From the human T2T-CHM13v2.0 reference genome, Homo sapiens: a stretch of DNA of 64,000 nt. Positions 30,884 to 64,000 of this stretch are shown in pieces (within the stretch, counting starts at the first letter, position 1; each line of letters opens with the position of its first letter). A model generated the notes under the pieces. That model did no database searches. It was not told the DNA's origin and saw only the letters and a list, made by a program, of their open reading frames with translations. The translations under genes and the position numbers were made by a program. The stretch lies in assembly GCF_009914755.1 (NCBI RefSeq), contig NC_060928.1, one strand, 5' to 3'.

Positions 30884-31336
30884 ATACATCATAGAATATT
30901 ATGCAGCCATAAAAAAGAATGAGATCATGTCCTTTGCAGGGACATGGATGGAGCTAGAAGCCATTATCCTCAGCAAACTAATAGGAACAGAAAACCAAAT
31001 ACCACATGTTGTCACTTATAAGTGGGAGCTAAATGATGAGTGCACATAGAGGGGAACAACACACACTGGGGCCTACCGGAGGGCAAAGGGTGGGAGAAGG
31101 GAGAGGACCAGGAAAAATGACTGACAAATAATTGTTTAAACCCAAGACTTACATCGTGACTGCGACAAAATCCAATTCCATTATTAATAATCTGAAACAA
31201 GTACTTTTGAACTAGTTGGTAGTCTAGTCCATTTGGAAAGAGCTCCAAGTCATCAAACCCCATGACACATGTTTACCTATGTAACAAACCTGTACATCCT
31301 GCACATGTACCCCTGAACTTAAAAGTTAAAAAAAAA
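30884..31336 (+). mobile_element. Older primate L1PA/PB 3' end (ORF2 end, 3'UTR, polyA) interrupted by a CDKL2 exon-3 copy
   Basis: YYAAIKKNEIMSFAGTWMELEAIILSKL; ends catgtacccctgaacttaaaagttaaaaaaaaa. Confidence 0.92.
31130..31256 (-). pseudogene. Partial duplicate of CDKL2 exon 3 plus donor and intron start, embedded in an L1 3' end
   Basis: Aligns to 28357-28480 with 6 substitutions and one 3-nt insertion; translates [34 protein letters not shown]|gtaagt. Confidence 0.92.
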
Positions 31337-31946
31337 CACAAACTTCTACCCTGCCTTCCCTTAAAACAGACATTTTACAATGTAAAAGAAGCGTTGCCAA
31401 GAAAAAAATAAAAGTTATAAAAGAGTATGATATTATACATAATAATAACTAATACTTACACAATGCTTACTATGTTCCAGGTACTATTCTAAGCACAAAA
31501 GCCTTATGAAATAGGTACAATTATTATCCTGCTTTATAGCTGAAGCAACTAACTCACACAGAGGTCAAGGAACTTGTCCAAGGTCACACAGCAATAACTG
31601 GTAGAGGCATGATTAAAACACCTTCTCAAAAAAACCAAAAAAACTAAACAAACCAACAAAAATGCCCCAAAACCCACAAATTTCATATCCTAATGGAACT
31701 ATAAATTCTGACAAGTTCTATTTTATCAAATTAAGAAATCTAAATAATACTAGAATGTCACTTGTTCCATTGGGCTGTTTTGGCACATTTCTAATAGAAG
31801 AAAACATTACACTAAAACTTTTTACTCTTTAAAAATTCACACTATAGCACCAGATAATTTATCTTTCTCTACTCTATGTCAAGTCCTTCTTGCAAAGATT
31901 TCCACAGTAGCTCCAAACCTGCAATCATAATTAAAACAGACTATCG

Positions 31947-32691
<745 letters not shown>

Positions 32692-32699
32692 TAAAAGTT

Positions 32700-39720
<7,021 letters not shown>

Positions 39721-39927
39721 ACAAGTCATCAAATCTGGGGTGGTCTTTGGGACTCCTAACACAGACTATAGATAGATGATTGATAAATACACAGAAAGAT
39801 ATAGAGAGAAGGAACAAACACTTTTAAAATCAGGTTTACATTCACCAGATAAATGAATTTGCATATCTAATCATTGTATTTCTTCTTATTGCCAAAAAAG
39901 AAACTTATACTCATATTTTTTGATTCA

Positions 39928-40119
<192 letters not shown>

Positions 40120-40509
40120 TTAAAGTCCGTAGAAACTTTTTGCTGTGAAAACCAAAACATAGATTTAACAAAGTTGAGTACGTTAATTTCCTCCGCCTTC
40201 CCAGCAAATTAATTCTTCCCTGCTTGTTTTCCATATTAGTCACTGTGTTCATGGCTGTCCTGTATTAATTCACAATTTCCTAGTGTTTCTACATGTAAGC
40301 TATGTTTCAAAATGGTCACACACATTAAGCTATGTTTTCAAAATGGTCACACACATTTCATAATAGACAACGCAAATGGAATTGAAGCCATTAACTTTAA
40401 ATTACTAAATGTCATGTTAATGAAATTCCATATATTTTTAATTCCAATAAAGCAATACTTGAGCTATCACACATAACAATTACAACTCACTTTAAAAAGC
40501 ACAATTCCA

Positions 40510-44158
<3,649 letters not shown>

Positions 44159-44168
44159 CTATACTTAC

Positions 44169-44690
44169 CGTTTCTTCAATCCGTTCGCATAGAAAGACCC
44201 AAAGGTTTTCAACTTGGAAACAAATTTGAGGTGAAATGCATATGGTTCGCAGGTCCAAAAGATGCTGCCTAGCAAACTAGCAATTCCAGCGCTGTTGTGA
44301 TTTCTTCTGCGGACGCAGTCACGAGTCCAGGGCGAAGCAGGCAGGGAGGCAGGTGGGCCTCGGTCCGCCGCAAGCTCACACTTAGGAGGACCACGGGCCG
44401 CATGCTGTCGTCGTCAAGGCAACGACCTCACTCTGTCCCCAACCATAGGCACAAAGTCTTGGGAGACAGATACGGCCCAGGTCAGAATGCGTTCACGGCA
44501 GGCACCAACACCTGTGAAGGCCAAGGGCTAGAGAGCAATTAGCTGGGTGAGAGGCACCACCTCCCAGCTCGTAAGGCGCCCAGTACCTGGAGCCTGGGAA
44601 CCTGCACCGCTCCAACTACCCCTGGGCGAAGGCGTTGGCCGCGGAGCTGCAAGGGGGGGCGGTTTCTCACCCGCCCCGAGAGCGCCAGGC
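44169..44690 (-). other. CDKL2: CDKL2 non-coding exon 1 (5'UTR); 5' boundary approximate
   Basis: Consensus donor AACG|gtaagt at 44169/44168 at the edge of the CpG island, downstream of CCAAT and GC boxes; TSS inferred. Confidence 0.7.
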
Positions 44691-45070
44691 CTCCCTTCTT
44701 CTGATTGGCCGAGCCGAGTCGTCACGAGCCATGATTGGCTCAGGGCCAACCACCCCGCCCCTTCACCTAGGGCTCGGCCCAGGTTCTGCTCCCTGACACG
44801 CAGAGGCCCTGCGTCCCCACACGCCTTGGTTCTCGTCAGGAGGCGCCTTTCTGCCTTCCCCAGCGGGAGGAGGCGATTGTGATGCCCACGCGAAGGGTAA
44901 AGGTGGCGGTTATGTAGGACTGCGAAGACTATGCAAAATGCGATACGGTTTCCCTCATAGCATCGCCGCTGGGGCAGGGGCGGGCGCCGGGCGCCCTGAG
45001 TCGCGTAGGCGCGGCCTGACCGGGATTCCATGCTTCCTTTCTGTTCTGGGCGGTGGGGCCAGTGTGAGCC
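44290..45070. promoter_or_regulatory. CpG island / CDKL2 promoter with tandem CCAAT boxes and GC boxes
   Basis: Only GC- and CpG-rich non-Alu block in the window; ATTGG at 44704 and 44734; GC boxes ccccgccc ~44753 and ggggcggg ~44977; no TATA seen. Confidence 0.9.
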
Positions 45071-46168
45071 AGGTAGGAGATAACGGTGACAGTTTAGGAG
45101 GTGATGATTAGTAGGCGAGGCAAGGTGGAAGAAGGTAGGTGATGACAGACCTGACGTTAGGAGGGACCTTGGGAAGGCCAGTCTGGCCATTGAAAGTGAG
45201 GGAAAACACTGAGATGGAGGAAGGGGAAGAGAGGGCATGAGTGGAATGGGAAAGCGCTGGGATGGCTGGGGATCTGGAGGACACGCACAACACCCGCGTA
45301 TGGCAGCCAAATGGGGTGGAGTTAGGGCTTGCGATAAAACTTGCCTTAAATGCAAAAATGCAGCTCAATCCACGACTGAGCAAGACTGGTAGGTCAGAAT
45401 CATGCACAGGCTTAAATCACACAGGAACAGAGCTTACCCCATTTTCAAAGAATCTGAGGCAGCGAGGAGGCCATAAGGCCAGTAAAATAACACTTTCAAT
45501 CATGATAACTAAATGTTCATGATCATTTTGGTCTCGAAACTACTTTGATTTAGGGAATAGAGTGTCCTGGATAGACAAATGTCTACCATATACCCTAGTC
45601 AATATTAAGGTATTAATCATTAATGTTAAGGTATTGATTCCTTCTTGTACATTAAGAAATAGACATTCTTTTTATAGTCTTTTGTGAGTTTGGTTAGTTT
45701 GCATTAATCTCCCAGTGGTTAATTACCTTGGTCAGACTGCTTAAAATCTAGTTCCTGAACCTGTAATATTGAGAACCAGACCTGAGGCCTAGTTATGGAA
45801 AGAATAGAATTATTTGGTCAATTCAAGATGTGACTCTTAGTGTAGCAATTAGCTCTGTCCTTAGCTGTGTCCAAGTTGCGAGAAGCCCTGTCCCATTTGG
45901 TACCTCTATAGGCTATAAGAGAATCTGATGAACTTCTTTTATATGGGGGTAGATTCAGTTTTGTTGGGCCTGAAGCTTAAGAACAAGAGCGCAAAACTAT
46001 TTTACTTTTGCAACTTTATAATCATATTCAACCGTATAACATTTTAAGGCCCCTTCATGCAAGAGGCCTAGAAGCTTCAATAATCTATTTATATCTCACA
46101 GGGAACCAAAGGATAAAGACTGAAAATACTGGATTTGGCGAACAAGTGATGCTTTAGGAAACAATTTC

Positions 46169-55621
<9,453 letters not shown>

Positions 55622-56909
55622 TCAGTTAATTTGGCCATTAACAGAAAGCTAGTAATGTTTCTGTTATTACTTAATTCTGAATCTGCACTTACAGTATTTT
55701 GCCCAATATTTGATAATGCTAAAAAGACTTTTGAAAAATTTCGTAAATTCTAAACTTCTTATATTTCCGAAGCATATGAAACATAATGTGTACAGGTACT
55801 ACATAGATTAAAAGATTTTATTCCTTATCAAAAACTGCCAGAAACTTCATTATTTAGGAACTGATAATGTTGCAAATTATTTTCTATGTGAACATATTTA
55901 AATCACAAATTTCTTTCGTGACTTGTTTATCCAGTAATTGTAAATAAATAAAGAGCACTGGCATCAAACTGATCAAAACAGTCTTCTAACTAGGAAGTCT
56001 TATAAACACAAAATTAAAAAAAATCAAGGGTCTCTATTGATCTGTAGCTAAAATATAAGTTATGATGAGCAACTCAACCTCTTGAGTGGCTAAGGTTTTC
56101 AAATACGTTGTTCATATAAATTCCCGGGACCAAGTAATAATTTGCTCTTTTAAATTTGAACCTATTTTCAACAGTGTGAGATATACATTTTATCCCCTTT
56201 AAAAAATGTTTTTCCATTGCCAGAGTTGGATAAATTACATTATAATTAGAAGTCAGTTTACAAAAGGTTTAAGTCTTCCTTCCCCCCTAAGATGAAGCAA
56301 TGGTTATTCTGGTTTCTCCCCAGTACAAGTTTGTGAAGACTGATTTAGAAATCTTAGAGTGTTATTAATAGCAGGTAAAATTCAACTATATCATCCCCTT
56401 TTAGGAAGGAAAAGGTTCAAGTTCTGAAATTACACATGCCTTAGGACCTCATTTTTCATTGAAAGCATGACTAAATATGGCTAATGGTTACATCAATATT
56501 TTTGGAGAGCTTGATAAATTAGTTCCAATTTCTGAACTTGAGTCATGTCCATTAACTTCAGGTAACCTCAATCTTCTCATCCCTTCCCTTCTCCTTTCTT
56601 GTGAGATGCAAGGCAGAAAATACTTTAGAAAATCCAAGGTTGTAATCTGCTTTAGATCATTCTCATCATTCTTACTACTTATTATTCTAACATTCAACCT
56701 GTATACCAGCAGTCTAACTGGACGGAATAGATCTCTTACAATGGTCAAGTGTTACTTAAATGTTTTACTTTTTTTATACGTATCAAATTTCACAAATAAA
56801 TTGTTTTAAAACCCAACTGCTTATTATTCCCACTTAGTTTGTATGAAATGCAACTGGGAGAAAACATTTGGGAACAATAAAAACTATAGATTAAATTAGG
56901 GACATAGAT

Positions 56910-59556
56910 AAATGCTGCAGACATCAGTAGTTTATTGTTTGTTTAGTCCAAACACATTCAATATGGAAACTCAAAGAATACTTTCCACCTGAAACAATTA
57001 AACTAGATTCTACTAGCATATAATGCTTAACACATTACAGCAATAAAGATGGTAATCCATTGTCTTCTATACCTACTAAAGCCAAGATGGTAAAGCCAAT
57101 TTGGTTGCAATAGTGTCATAAGGATAGAATATTACCATCAAAAAATAAAACAAAATCAGCAAATAACAGTAATGGTAGATGAATATTTTTACTCTGTTTC
57201 ACTGAAAAGAGGACAAAATGTTAAAACTCCACAGTACTGCAGGTGAACAATCACCATGTAAACTTCTCCATATGATGTTTTAATGTTTTATTCATGGTAT
57301 GTAAAGACTGAAGCTGAATGGCTCTTTGCTCTACTTTTCTATTATTACACTTAACATTTGTCATTACTTTTGGTGCCAGAACAGTTTTCATGGATGGCAG
57401 GGCAATATCCTGAATTGGAAATTATATATATATATATATATATGGAAACAGAAATACAAGAAAATATGCTTGGGGGAAAAAAAACATTGACAATAAAACA
57501 ACTGCTTCTTTAAAAGTAGTATTAATAAAGGCTTCAAAACTCCAAAGTAATTTTCTGGTAAGAATTTCAAGTACTATATCAGAAAGTATAAAACTGTTTC
57601 AAACAGAAAAAAAAAAAATCCTTAAGCCCCCCAAAAATGGAAACTATGAAAATCTGTGTCCCCAAAATATATGCAATAGTGCAAGACTTTCCCTCAAACA
57701 TGGAAGACCTCATTCAAAGGGGGAAAAAGGGACAGATTTTACTCATATTGCCCAGTACATGAAAAACAAAATACATGCATCATTTGCTAGTTTACTAAAT
57801 AGCAAACAGTTGCATAATTCAGAACCAATTTGCTACTATGTCAAGTGCATATCTTGTCTGTTTTACAAAGATAGAATGGAGAAGTCTTCCATGCTAACGA
57901 GCAGCTTTAAGTGGTCACACTTATTTACCCCACTCCTGCCTGAAACATCAGAAACTGGTATGTACTGACTGCTCCAAGCATAAAATTGGATAAGCTTTGC
58001 CATACTTGTGGTTTACTGGAACTTGCTATAAAGACAGACAATAATCCAGCAGCTACAAACTTTGCTCACAGAATTGTTTAAAGATTCATGTAAAAATAAA
58101 AGATGTCGTCCCAGACTTAAATTCAGGAGCCACTCGGGTGCTGACATCAGTTCAAGAATTGTGCAAAATGAATGACAGTTCCCTGCCCCCCAAATAGAAA
58201 ATGCAAACACTTAAAGAGCTGCTGTTCTTTTCTCCGAAAATTGCAGTATCCTCACTTCAGGCTTACTTGCCATTTATAGAATCTGACTGCTTTTAAAATG
58301 TCACTAAAAATGTACGTCAAGTTGACTGACTTTTCCAAGCCCTGAAGTGATATGTTTCAACGTCCACATTCAGGCTAAGAGAAAAGTCAACTAGAGGCTT
58401 ACTCAAATAACTGACTTCCTCCTTCCCTCTCCCCACAAACACACAGGACTCCCTCCCTCCCACAGAGAACACAAAGTTGTTAACTGAAGAACAAGATAAA
58501 TAATATGCTAGTCCATTTTACTGATTTTAAAGATACTGCAATTTTTATACATTTCGATGATTTTTCAACATTTTGCAGCTGTTTGGCTTTGCAGCACAGC
58601 AATTCATACACTATACTGTACAAAATTACCAGCAAGACTGGAATGATGTATTAATAGAAGGCACCATCATGCTTATTACATTACCAGAGAACAAAAATAC
58701 AGTAAAGACAATTTTCACTGTACACAGCTTAAAGAAAGGAAAAAAGGGGAGGAGGAGTGTGTTGAGCAGCCAGCCATCCCTGTACTGAAGAGGGGCAGGT
58801 AGAAAAATCTTAGATATGGAGCTACTAAATCTGGTCTAATAGTCAAGACCATCGCATTTGAAGTTCTAATTTTTATTATTTAGTTCATAACTAAAATGAT
58901 TTCCTTCTGGAATATACTTGTAGTCTTGTTAAGGTTTATGTGTACACACGCTGGTCACAGCAAGCAGATAAAATGCCCTCATCATTTCACAAACTATTTT
59001 CTACTGGAAAAGAAGATGAGATTTTTTCCCTGTTGCCTCCTGTTGCAGATGTCAATGTTAATGAGTTCAGAGTACCCATTAGTACATTTTGATGAGTGCA
59101 TAACAAGTTTCTGTTGGTTTGTATTTTTGGGGGGAGCCAAGAAAAAAGGCAAGATTCTCCAATTGCACAAATTGCACTATTTGTGTTCCCAGCATTAACA
59201 GGCAGAAACAGTAACACTTAAACAAAATGTGCAGCAGAAGATTTTTTTTTTACTCAAAGGACCTGAATTCAGTGGGCATGTCCTTTTAAGTTCACTTTGT
59301 CGTAGATAGTTTAAGATATGGTCATTTCTCAGTCCTTAATTCTCCAAGTCTAGATTTATAAATTAACAATGTGAATCCTGTTGTGAAATTGGGGAAATAA
59401 TGTCCACCTCAATTTAACTGATAACCAAAGATGCTTTTCACATCAAAGAAATGATCAAAAAGGCTGTGTCACATTCCAAAGCCAAAAAAAAAATTAACAA
59501 GAATGCAAACACGATGAATAATGTACCACTGCCAAGACTTTGCCAACAGTGGAGCT
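56910..59556 (-). other. G3BP2: G3BP2 3'UTR
   Basis: Follows the TGA at 59559-59557; ~2.6 kb with no Alu or other recognisable interspersed repeat, ending near an AATAAA. Confidence 0.85.
56931..56936 (-). terminator. G3BP2 distal polyadenylation signal AATAAA
   Basis: tttatt on the + strand, followed on the minus strand by a U-rich downstream element (~56860-56900). Confidence 0.7.
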
Positions 59557-59853
<297 letters not shown>

Positions 59854-60464
59854 TTACATGGGCAGGTTAGACAGCAATAGAAATGATTACTCTGAACAGG
59901 TCAGTCAGATAAGCATAAGGAATAAAACACTTTTATCAGCCCCCCACCCCCCAGAGATAGGGTCTCAGCTGTCACCCAGGCTGGTGACAGCCAGTGGCAC
60001 AAGCATGGCTCACTGCAGCCTTGACATCCTGGGCTCAAGTGATACTCCCACCTCAGCCTCCTGAGTAGCTGGGATTATAGGTGTCTACCACCATGGCCGG
60101 CTATTTTTCTTTTTTTGTAGAGACAATGTCTCACTGTTGCCCAGGCTGGTCTTGAACTCTCCTGGGCTCAAGCAATCCTTCTGCCTTAACTTCCCAAAGT
60201 GCTGGGATTACAAGTGTGAGCCACTATACCCAGCCAAAATTCTTAACATGCAATCTTGCAATCTTTCCCACCTTCTTCAGCAAAGCAAGTAACAAAATTT
60301 AAAATGATCTGCAAACTAACAAATCTTTATTCTTTGCATAAATACCATTTAATAACTATTTTTAGCTTTATTATTAAAAGATTTTCTATGGTTTTTAAAT
60401 ACCCCAAATTAATATATACAACAGAAATAATAAAGTCTTGAATTATGCCCTTTAAATCACTTAC

Positions 60465-60583
60465 TTTTGCAATTAAGATTCTCTGAACTGGTTCAGAGTC
60501 ATCAAAAACCACAAAACCAAAATTTGGAAGCTTTCCCCCAACACCCTTGGTATTGATGCGAAGTTCCACAACGTTTCCAAAAC
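60465..60583 (-). CDS. G3BP2: G3BP2 RRM exon (RNP1)
   Basis: ttcacag|GT TTT GGA...GCA AAA|gtaagt; [39 protein letters not shown]. Confidence 0.97.
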
Positions 60584-61150
60584 CTGTGAAAATATACATT
60601 ACATCAAGGGTTAAATATTTTTAACAGAATACCTTGATGGCTCTAATTGTTCAGGATGAATATCGTTATCTCCCCGATCCATTTTAAAATAAAACTCGCA
60701 AGCTTCTACACACAGTGATAGCCAAGGTACGTTTACTCAAGCAGGCAATCCCCTAAGATACCAAGTAGCCTGCCCGCCTGCTGTGTTACCTTTCTGCATC
60801 TTTGGTAGTCCTTTCATAAGTAAAGTTAACTGCATAATTTTGGAAAGACAATGTATTTTCTCCTAATATATTGACCCATTTGCCAAATGAATCCTTTATC
60901 TCTGAATTTATGACTGATTTATCCAGCTGTTTCTTCTAAACACTACTGAGCCAGGCCAAATCAACACTAAGCAGTCACTGAGAAACATGTGAGATAAGTC
61001 ATCTACTCCCTTCTGCACAATTAAGGTGGGTCTGGTAGCTGGACACAGTATAAAGAGAGAAACATTTAAAAAAAATAGTTATTAAAAAAGCTCCATATGC
61101 CTCTTGCTTAATTTAAAATAATTTAAAAACTCCAACAGCAAAATAAATCA

Positions 61151-61315
<165 letters not shown>

Positions 61316-62257
61316 TTACAATATCATAAAAACTACTTCAAAGGAGTGAATGTAAAAATCACTTAATATTGATATTCCTGTTTTAGTTTAATAAGACTAG
61401 GTGAGCTTCTTGAAAAAGAGGCAAAAGTACTTATTACTAGTAGGTTAGAAAACAGCATGACACTAAAATGTAAAGTGAGGACAATGACTAGGTTGCTAAA
61501 ATAGCTTCTTCTAGATCTACTGGATTATACAAAAATCAAATATTAGTACTACAGGTATTCCTCCTTAACCAAACTGTTGCCATCACCCAGGAACCAAGCA
61601 GATTTCAGATAGTGAGGTATAGCTTACTAAATATTTGCTTAGTTTTTTGAAATTCAAAATTCTTTGGCTTTATGACATTACAGCAATCAGTAAATTTTAA
61701 CAGCAATCATCACATTTATGCAGTCTATACATATTAAGTGTGTATGTATATAGATATACATAAAATCTTATTTGATTCTCCCAATAACACAAGGAACACA
61801 GTGAGGAAAATAGGCAATACAAGAATAATTTGTGTAATATTTGACATAAAAGAAGCTCAGAATTTAAGGGTTTCACTCAAGATCCCAAGTTTAATCACTG
61901 ACAAATTTAGGACTTCTAGTTTGGTAACATATCACTTTAAAAATTCACATTGTAAATGTGATATATACTATCTCCATCTCTCCCATCTCCTCCCCAAAGC
62001 AATCTAAACATTCTTACAGAGTTCAAATAAAAGTATTACATGTGTAGCTAACAAGGTAAACAAGTCAAAAATCATGGCAACTTACTTAATACCTAAGAAT
62101 CAAAATGGGCTTATTGTTTATCTGTAAAGAGATAAGACTGCTAAGAGAGTAGGTTATTGGCAGCTTGGTTTTGAACTCTTAAAACCAGTGACTAGGCCGG
62201 GCACAGTGGCTCATGCCTGTAATCCCAGCACTTTGGGAGGACGAGTAGGGCAGATCA

Positions 62258-62551
<294 letters not shown>

Positions 62552-62748
62552 TCAAAATATGTCACCATGGCATGTCAACCAATCCTCCCTAAAAATTGGT
62601 TATTTGGCCCCAGACACTATTTAGCAGGTTGCTCACATCACATCTTTAAGCAATTTGAGACTATATGGGTCTGTGTATAGAACGCATCATAGTTTTTTGT
62701 TTAAGTTCAGTCTTTTACAGCCTTACAAATGTTAAATGCTAAAGGCTA

Positions 62749-62868
<120 letters not shown>

Positions 62869-64000
62869 CTAAAATATAAAGAAAAAAAAACATTATAAAA
62901 AACACTCCACTGGAGAAAAACCAACCAAAGCACCTAACGACAAGTCACTAGCAGACATAACAGTAGTTTTAAGTTTAGAATGTTTTTAACATAGTGTCCT
63001 ATGTATGAGAAAAATAAATTTTTATCAAGATATTCTGTACCAATCTAGGACTGTAGGTAGCTTTTGTTTTCCCACTTAATGCTGTGTAACTCACAATAAG
63101 TTGCTTTTTACAGTCACATTTTTTCATTAAAGTTATATCAACACTGAAATAGCATAAAAGGTATTGCTACCAAAAAAAAAAATCACAAAAATGCAAGATG
63201 AACCACTCCATGTAAATACATAAACAAAATTAAAAGCCATCTTCATCTTAGACAAGAATACATAACACATAATTTCTGAAAATCTAATTTGCTATCCTTC
63301 AAATGTAACAGTGCTCAGTAGTATTGCCTAAATCTCTGCCCATAACCTTAAAATCAGTATTTTTATAGTTCAAAGTATAAAAATTAGCTTGCTCTAACAC
63401 CTGAAATTGCTACCTGTAAGGTTAAAATGCATGTTAAAAAAATGACAGAAACTTATAGGAACTTGTATGTAGCATCTCAAATAGTTAAAGTCCTTTAGCT
63501 CCCTACTGTTCTTCCTTATGAGAAAAATATGCATTTGAAGTATTGGTCCCAACGATTTTCCTTAACTAGGGGTCTGGGAGTAATAGGACAGTTTAAGATG
63601 CCTCCCAAAAGTTTCTGCCAACTGCTGAATTAAACATATAATTATTTTTAAAACAAAATTACATCGGCGTCTGCTATTACCTTTTCCTCAAGACAACAGC
63701 ATTTTCAGTATTCCCAACCTCTTCAGACCTTCTACTACCCAAATATTTATGGTCCAAGGAGAGACAAATATATGAGCCTACAAAGGATGCTGAAAACACC
63801 CAACAGGATATGGAGAACATGTCCTCAACTCAGAAAGCTAGTAATTTCAGTCCCATCTTTAAAGATGGTCATCTCCATGTAATCCCAGCACTTTGGGAGG
63901 CCAAGCTGCGCGGATCACCTGAGGTCAGGAGTTTGAGACCAGCCTGCCCAATATGGCGAAACCCAGTCTCTACTAAAAATACAAAAAATTAGCTGGGTGT

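Noticed and set aside
44528-45355. 275-aa minus-strand ORF and overlapping ORFs over the promoter
   Set aside because: Non-ATG start, no recognisable domain, and long open frames are expected in a GC-rich CpG island.

Overview
Human genomic DNA, Alu-dense and AT-rich. It contains human-specific AluYa5 and AluYb8 copies, and I recognise the locus as CDKL2/G3BP2 on 4q21. Two genes lie in tandem on the minus strand. (1) Most of CDKL2 (cyclin-dependent kinase-like 2): CpG-island promoter and non-coding exon 1 near 44.2-44.7 kb, then 11 coding exons that splice in frame from ATG 40113 down to 5940. The terminal coding exon is outside the window. (2) The last four coding exons and the ~2.6 kb 3'UTR of G3BP2 (62868 to ~56910). 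The rest is Alu, L1, L2, MIR, LTR and DNA-transposon debris, and almost all ORFs in the supplied track are Alu or repeat artefacts. The most unusual signals are a series of locally templated, direct-orientation insertions of different ages. One is a 127-bp copy of CDKL2 exon 3 plus its donor pasted inside an L1 3' end, which may form a chimeric poison exon. Others include a duplicated exon-3 splice acceptor carrying in-frame stops, and several frame-preserving splice routes in the CDKL2 C-terminal tail. Exon numbering is my own, repeat boundaries are approximate, and identities were counted by eye.
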